Source of the DNA: Dehalococcoidia bacterium
Lineage (GTDB): Bacteria; Chloroflexota; Dehalococcoidia; SHXV01
NCBI GenBank assembly: GCA_009693105.1
Contig: SHXV01000002.1
Coordinates: forward strand, 1 to 57,743
Direction: 5' to 3'
DNA length: 57,743 nucleotides
Positions 39,993 to 48,804 of this stretch are shown in pieces. A model generated the notes under the pieces. That model was not told the DNA's origin. It did not search any database and was given only the letters and a program-made list of their open reading frames with translations. Numbering within the stretch: the first letter of the stretch is position 1; every line of letters begins with the position of its first letter. A program made the translations under genes and the position numbers.

Positions 39993-41201
39993 GTGAGGAC
40001 ATTTAGCAAGGTGATGACGGGAGTCATGTTTCATCGCGCATCTTCTCCTAAGGAAAAGAGCAGCGCGGCTATCCGTTCGTGGATAGCCAACCCGGACGTA
40101 TCCGTAGCGGCAGAGCTATCCCTTGTCTGGCTCGCGATTGCGGGATCGGTCTATCTGTCCGGCTACGTGGCTCATCACATGTTCGGCACGGCCTCGTGGG
40201 CGATAAGTGAGGGCTTCCCGCCGCAGGGCATTTTCGGGCGATGGGATGTTCTCAACTACATCCGGATCGCCGAGGAAGGCTACGTCGGTGCGCCTGATTA
40301 TCACGCCGTCTGGTTCCCCGGCCTGCCGTTGTTGATGGCGCTGGGCAGCCGAGCCGGCATCGCGCCGCTCACCACGGGAACGGCGGTGGCGCTGCTGTCC
40401 GGGGCGCTGCTGGTTCAGGCATTCTATCGATTGGCGCTTCTTGATCTTCCACGCGACGTCGCGAAGTATTCCGTTCTGGCGTTGCTGCTCTTCCCCTCCA
40501 GCTTCTTTCTCTTCATCGCTTACCCGGAGTCGCCGTTTCTCCTGCTGGCAGTGGGAGCGTTCTGGGCGGCGCGCCGGGGACACTGGGCCCTGGCGGGGTT
40601 GCTCGCCGCGCTGGCCAGCGGTCTTCGAATCACCGGCGTGCTGCTGGCTCCGGCGCTCCTGCTGGAATATCTCTATGCTGCCGGCTGGCGATGGCGCGCC
40701 ATTCGCGCCGATATCCTGTGGCTGGCGCTGGCGCCATCCGGCATGGTGGCCTACATGGGCTACCTCGCGTACGAGTTCGGTAACCCGCTTCGCTTCTACA
40801 CCGCCCAGTCGGTCCAGTTTGACCGAACCGTGGGCGCAAGCGGCCTGCAGCGATTGATCGATGACATCAAACTGCTGCTATCCAGCGCGGACTTCGAGAC
40901 GGGCCTGCCGATATTCCTGGGGCTCGTGGCCCTTGCCTTGTTTGCTGCCGCCCTGCCACTGATGGTTCGGCTCCGCATCAGGATCAGCTATCTCGCCTTC
41001 GCGGTGCTATCCATCGCCGCTCCGCTGGCTACAGGCCGCCCGGACAGCATGAACCGGTACATTCTGGCCGCCTTCCCCATCTTCTTCGTTATGGGCCACT
41101 TCTCCAGCCGCTTTGTCGCGCTGCGCCCGCTGGGGGCCATCTTCGTGGCCTTGATTGCCCTCTCCGCTGTGCGATTCGCGTCGTACTACTGGGTGGGGTG
41201 A
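39993..41201 (+). CDS. polytopic membrane protein, PIG-V/GT76-like GT-C mannosyltransferase-like
   Basis: It contains RWDVLNYIRIAEEGY, which matches the WD..Y..IA..GY loop motif of PIG-V-type mannosyltransferases, followed by about 9 TM segments. The start codon is ambiguous (GTG 39993 or downstream ATGs). Confidence 0.6.
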   Translation: MRTFSKVMTGVMFHRASSPKEKSSAAIRSWIANPDVSVAAELSLVWLAIAGSVYLSGYVAHHMFGTASWAISEGFPPQGIFGRWDVLNYIRIAEEGYVGAPDYHAVWFPGLPLLMALGSRAGIAPLTTGTAVALLSGALLVQAFYRLALLDLPRDVAKYSVLALLLFPSSFFLFIAYPESPFLLLAVGAFWAARRGHWALAGLLAALASGLRITGVLLAPALLLEYLYAAGWRWRAIRADILWLALAPSGMVAYMGYLAYEFGNPLRFYTAQSVQFDRTVGASGLQRLIDDIKLLLSSADFETGLPIFLGLVALALFAAALPLMVRLRIRISYLAFAVLSIAAPLATGRPDSMNRYILAAFPIFFVMGHFSSRFVALRPLGAIFVALIALSAVRFASYYWVG

Positions 41202-41331
41202 GATCGATGTCCGAGGCGGCATTAAGAGTAAGCATTGGCGCGTAGCCACAAACTGCCCCACCGGGCTAAACAACCGAAAGCGGGGCCGGGCGGCTGGCAC
41301 GACTCTCCTCACTTTTCAAAGGCAGAAGGTT

Positions 41332-41407
41332 TGGTGCCCCCAGCGGAATTCGAATCCGCGTCGCCACCTTGAAAGGGTGGTGTCCTAGGCCTCTAGACGA
41401 TAGGGGC
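41332..41407 (-). tRNA. tRNA-Glu (anticodon UUC), CCA encoded
   Basis: The minus strand reads GCCCCTATCGTCTAGAGGCCTAGGACACCACCCTTTCAAGGTGGCGACGCGGATTCGAATTCCGCTGGGGGCACCA. It folds with a 7-bp acceptor stem, anticodon stem CCACC/GGTGG with loop CTTTCAA, and T-arm GCGGA-TTCGAAT-TCCGC. The D-arm is typical of tRNA-Glu. Confidence 0.9.
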
Positions 41408-41419
41408 GAGCTACCATCG

Positions 41420-41449
41420 AGTGTAGCATCGCCCCCATGACGCGGTAAA
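41420..41449 (-). promoter_or_regulatory. candidate promoter TTTACC-18-TACACT for tRNA-Glu
   Basis: Read on the minus strand. The -10 element ends about 12 nt before the tRNA 5' end. Confidence 0.3.
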
Positions 41450-41596
41450 CACGGGCCAAACATCAGTTTCCGGTGGGCTTGATCTCCACGTCGGTCCTGG
41501 CGTCGACTAATGTCGCGTATTTGTATCGCAAATATGAGGGGTGTCAAGGATGGGGTTGTAAACTCTTTCTCTGATTCTGATAGTGGGGGCAGGCCG

Positions 41597-42550
41597 CTAT
41601 CCGGGAAGCTGGGAAGGGGGTTTCGGCGCGCTGATTTCGGACGCACTGAGCTGGGCCTGCATCCGCGCCGTCACCTGCTTCGCTTCCAGGTAGGCGTTCT
41701 GCGTCATCGTCGCGGCGCGGGCCAGCTTGTTCTCCAGCGTCGCATCCAGCTCATCCAGCCCGCGCTGCAGGTCCACCAGGCGGGCGCGGGTGCGTTCCAC
41801 GTCCAGGTTGCCCGCGTACTCCAGATGGAGCCGATAGAGCGCCAGCAGATAGGGGACGGCCATGGAATAGGACATGAGCAGGACACCCCGGCGCTGCGCT
41901 TCGCGGTACACCGTTGTGCAGCAGCCAAGCGCGGCGTCCGGCAGCGCCGCCAGCGCGTACGGCGTCGTGTGCCCGGGCGAGATGTACTGCGCCACCTCGC
42001 GGATGCGTCGCTCCACCTCCCGCTCCACCTCACGGATCACGGCGGCGCGGTCCTCTCCGTCCTCCATTCCCTCGATACGGGCGAGGAGATCGGTCGCTGG
42101 CCACTTGGAATCGATGGGCAGGGTACGGCCATCGCCCAGGCGCAGCCCAAACTCCACCACGCGCCCGTTGAGCGCGACGTCCCGCGCTACCATGTCCTGC
42201 GGCAGTGCCCGCAGCGCCTCCGCCAGTGCGTGCTCGCCCGCCTTGCCCCGGCCCGACGAGCCGGCGAACACGGACTCGATCCGGCGGGTCGCCCGCAGCA
42301 TCTCTTCTTCCCGCCGGACGCGCTCATCCGCCTGCAGGCGCAGCCCATCAATGGCGCGATGGGTCTCGTCCATTCGCCGGGTGATGTCCTGCCGGAGCTG
42401 GGTATCGAGCGACTGCAAATGCGCGGCCATCCGCCCCGCATCGTAGGTGGAGCCCGGACCCCGCCGGCGCAGGAGGGCGACGCCGATGAGCAGCAGGCCG
42501 GCGGCAAGGAGTACGATTGCACCGGGCATGACGGCGGAGGATGAGATCAC
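41597..42550 (-). CDS. rmuC: DNA recombination protein RmuC
   Basis: It has an N-terminal TM segment, a coiled-coil region and then the RmuC core (GRGKAGEHALAE..VEFGLRLGDGRTLPIDSKWP..PYALAALPDAA..GVLLMSYSMAVPYLLALYRL). The start was chosen at GTG 42550, which has AAGGAG 5 nt upstream. Confidence 0.8.
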   Translation of the reverse strand: MISSSAVMPGAIVLLAAGLLLIGVALLRRRGPGSTYDAGRMAAHLQSLDTQLRQDITRRMDETHRAIDGLRLQADERVRREEEMLRATRRIESVFAGSSGRGKAGEHALAEALRALPQDMVARDVALNGRVVEFGLRLGDGRTLPIDSKWPATDLLARIEGMEDGEDRAAVIREVEREVERRIREVAQYISPGHTTPYALAALPDAALGCCTTVYREAQRRGVLLMSYSMAVPYLLALYRLHLEYAGNLDVERTRARLVDLQRGLDELDATLENKLARAATMTQNAYLEAKQVTARMQAQLSASEISAPKPPSQLPG

Positions 42551-42627
42551 GGTAACTCCTTTGCGAACACCTGTACTATACTGCATCCTATCGCCTGCTT
42601 CTACCGGCCCGGTCGGAGGGACATCGC

Positions 42628-43794
42628 ATGGCATATCAACTGCTCCCAGCCGGGCTGCTGCCGCTCCTGCTGGTGCTGGCCCTCGTCCGCCGCGACGACC
42701 GAAGTCTCGGCAACGGCGAGTGTGCCGGCATCGCCCCTTCGCGCGCTGACGCTGGCGCCTGCGTTCGGCGAACGCGAATTCAGCCGGCCCATTGAGATGG
42801 CCGCCTACCCCGGTGGCCGCTTGGTCGTCGCCGACCAGGACGGGCTCGTCGGCCTTTACCGGCCGGACGGCGGGGTTGCGGGAACGCTGCTGGACCTGCG
42901 GGGCCGCGTCCTTCGCTCCGGCAACGAGGAGGGGTTACTCAGCATTGCCCTCGACCCGGACTTTTCCCGAAACTCGTACCTGTACGCGTATTATTCGGTG
43001 GGAAACCCCCGTCGCTCCATTCTCTCGCGCCTCCTGGTGCGGAACGACATCGCTGCGCCCGCCAGCGAACTGGTGATTCTTGAGCAGGCCCAGCCCTTCG
43101 CGAACCACAACGGTGGCGCCATCCGCTTCGGACCCGATGGACTCCTCTACCTCGGCTTCGGGGATGGCGGCTCCGGCGGCGACCCGATGCGGAATGGCCA
43201 GCGGCTGACCACCCTGCTGGGCAAGATCATCAGCATCGACGTGCGCAACACGTCCGCGTCGCAGCCCTACGCCATTCCGCGCGATAACCCGTTCGTGAAC
43301 GAGCCGAACGCCCGGGGCGAGATCTGGGCCTACAGATTGCGTAACCCCTGGCGGATGTCTTTCGACCAGGATACGAAGCAGTTGTGGGACGCTGACGTGG
43401 GCCAGAACGCGATCGAGGAGATCGACGTCATCGAGCGCGGCGGCAACTACGGCTGGAGCCGGCTGGAGGGAGACCGTTGCTATCCCTCCGGCGCCGCCTG
43501 CAACCGCGACGGCACGATCCCCCCCTCGCCACCTACGACCACGGCGACGGCTGCTCCGTGACCGGCGGCGTCGTCCGTGGGGGGGATCTGGCGGCTCTGC
43601 GCGGTCACCACGTATACGCCGACTTCTGCAGCGGGAGCATCTGGGCGATGCCGGCCGACCGCTCCGCCAGTCCGCGGGAGGTAGCGGGCCAGGATAGCCG
43701 CCGCATGATCTCCTCGATTGCGGCCGACAGCGATGGGAATGTCTACTTCCTCGTCTTCGGCGGTCCGATCCTCCGGGTAGCCGCCGCGTCGTAA
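42628..43794 (+). pseudogene. PQQ-dependent soluble sugar (glucose/sorbosone) dehydrogenase, two frame disruptions
   Basis: The signal-like MAYQLLPAGLLPLLLVLALV (ATG 42628) is in one frame. The body (GNEEGLLSIALDPDF, ANHNGGAIRFGPDGLLYLGFGDGG, LRNPWRMSFD, GGNYGW) is in the frame of ORF 42722..43561. The C-terminus (YDHGDGCSVTGGVV..YADFCSGSIWA) is in ORF 43477..43794. The switches are at about 42684..42692 and in the C7 run 43519..43525. Confidence 0.7.
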
Positions 43795-43864
43795 CAGGCG
43801 TTCACGAATAGCTCGCCGGATGAAGGGCCCTCCGTCCGCCGTGTCGCGTCTAGCGCCGGTGCGT

Positions 43865-43873
43865 TGCTATAAT
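43865..43873 (+). promoter_or_regulatory. extended -10 promoter TGCTATAAT upstream of gatC
   Basis: Read directly. It lies about 27 nt upstream of GTG 43900, with SD AAGGAG in between. Confidence 0.45.
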
Positions 43874-43899
43874 CGAACACACACTCGCAAGGAGCCGCC

Positions 43900-44187
43900 G
43901 TGTCCCTCACCCGTGACCAGGTACTGCACATCGCCAAGCTCGCCCGCATGGGAGTGGAAGAGGCTGAGATCGAGAAGTTTCAGCGCCAACTCTCCCAGAT
44001 ACTGGACCACTTTGCCCGTTTGAGCGAAGTGGACACGGAGAATGTGCCCCCCACGGCCTACGCCGTGCCGTTGCAGAACGTCGCCCGCGACGATGAGCCG
44101 CGGCAGTCCTACGACCGGGACAAGGTGCTGGCAAACGCCCCCATGGCGGAGGACGGCTACTTCCGCGTCCGCGCCGTCCTGGAATAG
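43900..44187 (+). CDS. gatC: Asp-tRNA(Asn)/Glu-tRNA(Gln) amidotransferase subunit C
   Basis: This 95-aa protein reads [44 protein letters not shown].. Confidence 0.9.
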   Translation: MSLTRDQVLHIAKLARMGVEEAEIEKFQRQLSQILDHFARLSEVDTENVPPTAYAVPLQNVARDDEPRQSYDRDKVLANAPMAEDGYFRVRAVLE

Positions 44188-44206
44188 CCCCGCTGAGGAG
44201 TACGCT

Positions 44207-45685
44207 CTGAATCTATACGATCTCTCCCTTGCCGATGCGTCCTCCATGCTGGAGCGGAAAGAGCTTTCCGCTGTGGAGCTGACGGAGAGCGTCCTTGCGC
44301 GCGTGGAGGCGGTGGAGCCGTCCATCGGCGCCTACGTCACCGTCACCGCCGATATCGCCCGGGTCCAGGCGGCGGCGGCGGATAGGCTGCGGGCGAAGGG
44401 ACTGGGGGGGCCGCTCACCGGCATCCCCATCTGCCAGAAGGACGTGCTGGCCACGCGTGGCGTCCGCACCACTTGCGGCTCCCGCATGCTTGAGGACTTC
44501 GTCCCCCCGTACGACGCCACCGTCGTGCGCAAGCTGCAGGAGGCGGGCGCCGTCATGATCGGCAAGGGCAACATGGATGAGTTCGCCATGGGCTCCAGCA
44601 CGGAGAACTCCGCCTTTCACCCCACCCGCAATCCCTGGGACCCCGCCCGCGTACCCGGCGGCTCCTCCGGCGGTTCGGCGGCGGCGGTGGCGGCGGGCGA
44701 GGCGCTGGGCGCCACCGGATCGGACACCGGCGGCAGCATCCGCCAGCCCGCGGCGCTCTGCGGCATCGTCGGGCTGAAGCCCACATACGGCCGCGTCTCC
44801 CGCTTTGGGCTGGTCGCCTTCGCCAGCTCGCTGGATCAGATCGGCCCCTTCGGGCGGTCCGTGCACGACTGCGCCCTGCTCCTCCAGGCCATGGCGGGGT
44901 ACGACGCGAACGACTCCACCAGTGTCGATGCGCCCGTGGATGACTACGCTGGCGCGCTCAGCGGCGATGTGCGCGGTCTGCGCCTTGGCATCCCCGAGGA
45001 GTACTTTACCGCTGACCTCGATCCGGCGGTGCGCGCCTGCATCGAGGAGGCTATCGCCGATCTGGAGCGGGCCGGGGCGACGATCGTGCGGGGGATCTCC
45101 CTCCCCAGCACCCCTCACGCCCTCGCCGTCTACTACATCATCGCCCCTAGCGAGGCTTCAGCGAACCTGGCCCGCTACGACGGGGTGAAGTTCGGCTACT
45201 CCTACCACGATGGCGGTGGCATGTGGGAGGACATGGAGCGCACCCGGCAGCACGGCTTTGGGGATGAAGTGAAGCGCCGGATCATGCTGGGCACCTACGC
45301 CCTCTCCGCGGGCTACTACGATGCCTACTACCTGAAGGCGCAGAAGGTGCGCACGCTCATCCGGCAGGAGTTCGACCGCGCCTTTGAGCGCTGCGACCTC
45401 ATCGTCGCGCCCACCACGCCCACGGTCGCCTTCCGGCTGGGGGAGAAGTCGGACGATCCGCTCCAGATGTACCTGAGCGATATCTACACCATTCCGGTGA
45501 ACATCGCTGGACTGCCCGGCATGTCGATTCCCTGCGGCTTTGCGCAGGGGCTCCCCGTGGGGATGCAGCTCATCGGCCGCCCGTTTGAAGAGACGACGTT
45601 GCTGCGGGCGGGGGATGCGTACCAACGGTTGACGGTCTGGCACCAGCGGAGGCCGGAGCTTGCCGCGATGGAGGCGGGATCATGA
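44207..45685 (+). CDS. gatA: Asp-tRNA(Asn)/Glu-tRNA(Gln) amidotransferase subunit A
   Basis: It carries the amidase signature [12 protein letters not shown] plus [15 protein letters not shown] and [10 protein letters not shown]. The N-terminus [25 protein letters not shown] begins at CTG 44207, 6 nt after GAGGAG. There is no ATG/GTG/TTG between the gatC stop and this point. Confidence 0.9.
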   Translation: MNLYDLSLADASSMLERKELSAVELTESVLARVEAVEPSIGAYVTVTADIARVQAAAADRLRAKGLGGPLTGIPICQKDVLATRGVRTTCGSRMLEDFVPPYDATVVRKLQEAGAVMIGKGNMDEFAMGSSTENSAFHPTRNPWDPARVPGGSSGGSAAAVAAGEALGATGSDTGGSIRQPAALCGIVGLKPTYGRVSRFGLVAFASSLDQIGPFGRSVHDCALLLQAMAGYDANDSTSVDAPVDDYAGALSGDVRGLRLGIPEEYFTADLDPAVRACIEEAIADLERAGATIVRGISLPSTPHALAVYYIIAPSEASANLARYDGVKFGYSYHDGGGMWEDMERTRQHGFGDEVKRRIMLGTYALSAGYYDAYYLKAQKVRTLIRQEFDRAFERCDLIVAPTTPTVAFRLGEKSDDPLQMYLSDIYTIPVNIAGLPGMSIPCGFAQGLPVGMQLIGRPFEETTLLRAGDAYQRLTVWHQRRPELAAMEAGS

Positions 45686-46176
45686 GCGACCAATCCATAC
45701 ACGATGTCCTGACCCTGCTGGAGCAGGATGCGCGGATTACGCCGGAGCGCATCGCCCAGGCGACCGGCCGCACCACCGAGGACGTGAAGGCGATCATCGC
45801 CCGGGCGGAGGCGGACGGCATCATCCTCCGCTACGGTGCGCTCGTCGATTGGGAGCGGGCGGGCCGTACCACCGTCTGGGCCTGGATCGAGTTAAAGGTG
45901 ACGCCGGAGCCGGACCTGGGGTTCGAAGGGGTTGCCGCCCGCATCGCCCGCTTCCCCCAGACGTGGTCGGTCTACCTCACTTCCGGGACTTATGACCTCG
46001 GCCTGCTCATCCAGGCGGCGACGATGCAGGAGATCGCGAACTTTGTCTCCCAGAAGCTGGCTACCCTCTCTTCCGTGCAGAGCACGTCCACCTATTTCAT
46101 CATGCAGCGATACAAGGTGGACGGCACGATATTCGAGCGTCCCTCCGAAGCGGGCCGGCTCCCTGTCTCGATGTGA
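45682..46176 (+). CDS. Lrp/AsnC family transcriptional regulator
   Basis: It has an N-terminal HTH ([24 protein letters not shown]) and a C-terminal RAM/AsnC domain. Its ATG overlaps the gatA stop as ATGA. Confidence 0.85.
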   Translation: MSDQSIHDVLTLLEQDARITPERIAQATGRTTEDVKAIIARAEADGIILRYGALVDWERAGRTTVWAWIELKVTPEPDLGFEGVAARIARFPQTWSVYLTSGTYDLGLLIQAATMQEIANFVSQKLATLSSVQSTSTYFIMQRYKVDGTIFERPSEAGRLPVSM

Positions 46177-47387
46177 GCATGAGCAATGAGTACGTTGGCC
46201 CCACGGAAGGACGCCCGGCACGGCGTGGACAGATATCGGAGCGGGTAGCAGCCGTTCCCGCTTCCGGCATCCGCCGGTTCTTCGATTTGCTCAGCACGAT
46301 GGAGGGTGTCATCTCCCTTGGCGTGGGGGAACCGGACTTCGTCACCCCCTGGAACGTGCGTGACGCCGCTATCCGTTCCATTGAGGCCGGCCACACGCAC
46401 TACACCTCCAACTACGGTCTGCTGCCTCTGCGCGAAGCGTTGTCGCGCCACCTCCGCCGCTCCTACGGCATGGAGTACGACCCGGCGAAGGAGCTGCTTA
46501 TCACCGGCGGCGTCTCCGAGGGGATCGACATCGCTATGCGGGTGGCGCTGGACCCCGGCGATGAGCTGCTGGCCCCCGACCCCGCCTACGTCTCCTACGC
46601 CCCCTGTACGGCGATGGCCGGTGGGGTGTTTGTGCCCGTCCCCACCCTGATGGAGGATGGCTTTAAGCTGCGCGTGAAACATCTGGAACCGCGACTGACG
46701 GACCGGACCAAGGCGCTCATCATCAACTACCCGTCCAACCCCACCGGCGCCCAGATGGAACGGAGCGACCTGTCGGAGCTGGCGGAATTCGTTGAACGCA
46801 ACGATCTGTTCGTCATCTCCGATGAGGTGTACGACCGGCTCTCCTACGGCATACCGCACACCTGCTTCGCTTCCCTCCCCGGTATGCGGGAGCGCACCAT
46901 CCTCCTCGGCGGCTTTTCCAAGTCCTACGCCATGACCGGCTGGCGGCTGGGATGGGTCGCCGCCCCCTCCCACATCCTGGAAGCGATGATGAAGGTTCAC
47001 CAGTACGTCATGATGTCCGCTCCCACGGCAAGCCAGTACGCTGCCATCGAGGCGCTGGAGCACGGGGAAGAGGACGTGCGCGGCATGGCGGCCGAATACG
47101 ATCGCCGCCGCCGGATCATGGTGGACGGGCTGAACGGCATGGGGCTGGAGTGCTTTGAACCGCGAGGCGCTTTCTACGCCTTCCCCTCCATTCGCTCCAC
47201 CGGCCTTGATGATGAGACGTTCGCCCATCGCCTGCTCATGGAGGAGAAGGTGGCGGTGATCCCCGGTTCGGCTTTCGGAAAGCACGGCGCCGGGCACGTT
47301 CGCTGCTGTTACGCCACATCGCTCAGCGAGATATGGGAGGCGCTGGAGCGGATGCAGCGCTTTGTCGCAAAGGTCCGCGCCGAATGA
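46173..47387 (+). CDS. class I/II PLP-dependent aminotransferase (aspartate/alanine aminotransferase-like)
   Basis: Motifs are SGIRRFF, LGVGEPDF, YPSNPTG, and SKSYAMTGWRLGW containing the PLP lysine. Its start overlaps the Lrp stop as GTGA. Confidence 0.9.
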   Translation: MSMSNEYVGPTEGRPARRGQISERVAAVPASGIRRFFDLLSTMEGVISLGVGEPDFVTPWNVRDAAIRSIEAGHTHYTSNYGLLPLREALSRHLRRSYGMEYDPAKELLITGGVSEGIDIAMRVALDPGDELLAPDPAYVSYAPCTAMAGGVFVPVPTLMEDGFKLRVKHLEPRLTDRTKALIINYPSNPTGAQMERSDLSELAEFVERNDLFVISDEVYDRLSYGIPHTCFASLPGMRERTILLGGFSKSYAMTGWRLGWVAAPSHILEAMMKVHQYVMMSAPTASQYAAIEALEHGEEDVRGMAAEYDRRRRIMVDGLNGMGLECFEPRGAFYAFPSIRSTGLDDETFAHRLLMEEKVAVIPGSAFGKHGAGHVRCCYATSLSEIWEALERMQRFVAKVRAE

Positions 47388-48188
47388 GCGACGAGCTTCC
47401 GCTCCTGCGCTCTCCCCTGCTCAGCGCGATCTCCCGTGTCCGCCACGGCTTCTCCACCCGTGACGGCGGCGTCAGCGCTGCCCCGTTCGATTCGCTCCAC
47501 CTGGGCTCGTCCCCGGCCGCTGCGCCGGACGACGTTCGGGAGAACCGCCGTCGCTTTGCCGCCGCCCGCGGCCTTATGCCGGAGGCTCCGGCACTGGGCG
47601 AACAGCGTCAGGCAGCGCCGTGGCCTTTGCCCACGCCGGCAGGTCCGGCGTCGAGCTCCCCGCCGGCGGCTGGGGCTATCCCGGCGTCGATGCCCTGATC
47701 ACGAATACGCCGCGCACCCTGCTCACCGTTCTCTCCGCCGATTGCGTTCCCATCCTCCTTGCCGTCGATGACGGCACCGCCGTGGCCTCCGTGCATGCGG
47801 GGTGGCGGGGCGCTCCGCGGAGGTGGCCCCCAATGCGGTGGCCGCCCTGTGCCGCCGCTACGGGGTGGAGCCACGGCGGCTGGTCGCTGCGATGGGGCCC
47901 GCCATCGGCGGCGGCTGCTACGAAGTCGATGGGCCGGTCATCGAAGCATTCGGCGGGGCCGGCCACCCGGCGATGCAGCCATCTCGCCCGGGCCGCCCCG
48001 GCCACGTGATGCTCGATCTGCGCGCGGCGAACGCGCAGCAGCTGCGGGAGGCTGGCCTTGCGCCGGAGCGAATCGACGTGTTGGGGGACTACTGCACGTC
48101 CTGCCGTGGCCAGCTGTTCTACTCCCACCGCAGTGACGGCGAGCCGACCGGCCGCTTCGCCGGCGGGATCGCCCTTACTGACGGTTGA
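47384..48188 (+). pseudogene. pgeF: YfiH/PgeF (DUF152, laccase-domain) peptidoglycan editing factor, two frameshifts
   Basis: The N-terminus (RVRHGFSTRDGGVS..DDVRENRRRF) is in ORF 47333..47698. The core (VDALITNTPRTLLTVLSADCVPILL..ASVHAGWRG) is in ORF 47620..48009. The C-terminus (MGPAIGGGCYEVD..LDLRAANAQQL..CTSC..FYSHRSDG..TGRF) is in ORF 47802..48188. The switches are at about 47608 and about 47810, the latter at a G-run. Confidence 0.7.
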
Positions 48189-48804
48189 ACTGGTTCATGG
48201 CGGGCTCGACCCCTTCCCGCATGATCATCTCGATCGCTTCGATTGCCGTACCCACAGCCTCGTCGAGCTGTTCCCGCTCTTGGGGAGGGGGATCCCTCAG
48301 CACGTAATCGGCGATGACCTCCGAGTTCCACGTCTGCTCCCCGCCCACCACCGGCCGCCCGATGCCGATGCGGACGCGCGGAAAGTCCGTCCCCACCGCC
48401 CCGGCGATGGAGCGCAACCCGTTGTGTCCGCCGTGCCGCCCGCCCTGGCGAACGCGCACCCGCGCTACCGGCATATCGAGGTCGTCCGAGACGACGAGCA
48501 GGCGGTCGAGCCCCAGGTCATAGCGCCGGAGCAGTTCCCGTACCGCCTCCCCACTGTGGTTGACGAACGTCCGTGGCTTTGCCAGCGCCACCGGCACGTC
48601 TTCGATGCGGCCTTCGCCGAGCGCGGCCAGCTTGCCTTTTGCCTCCACCGTGATTGCGTGAGCGCGGGCGAGCCGGTTGATCGTCCAGTAGCCGACGTTG
48701 TGGCGCGTTCCGGCGTACTCTGAGCCGGGGTTGCCCAGCCCCACGATCAGCCACTCTGGTCGGGGTGCGGCCTCGCCGCTACGGTGAGGCCAGCGCAACG
48801 TCAT
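48175..48804 (-). CDS. pth: peptidyl-tRNA hydrolase
   Basis: Motifs are LIVGLGNPGSEYAGTRHNVGY, KPRTFVNHSG, DDLD and GGHNGLRS. Its ATG overlaps the upstream stop as ATGA. Confidence 0.9.
   Translation of the reverse strand: MTLRWPHRSGEAAPRPEWLIVGLGNPGSEYAGTRHNVGYWTINRLARAHAITVEAKGKLAALGEGRIEDVPVALAKPRTFVNHSGEAVRELLRRYDLGLDRLLVVSDDLDMPVARVRVRQGGRHGGHNGLRSIAGAVGTDFPRVRIGIGRPVVGGEQTWNSEVIADYVLRDPPPQEREQLDEAVGTAIEAIEMIMREGVEPAMNQFNRQ

Noticed and set aside
37145-41407. Genomic island integrated at tRNA-Glu.
   Set aside because: The position is suggestive, but I found no integrase, no partial tRNA direct repeat by eye and no obvious compositional break. It is kept only as a remark inside the operon finding.
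41510-42544. A 344-aa plus-strand ORF opposite rmuC. Similar long antisense ORFs are 8629..9456, 17345..18436, 27748..28818, 31529..32485, 44213..45118, 46092..47297, 54559..55653 and 56689..57696.
   Set aside because: All lie antisense to genes with clear homology. They show the Arg/Gly/His/Pro-rich composition of non-coding frames in high-GC DNA.
20398-47815. Programmed ribosomal frameshifting as an explanation for the split genes.
   Set aside because: No slippery heptamer plus downstream structure is visible at the switch points. Several genes need two or more shifts in different directions. The affected families are not known to use recoding.
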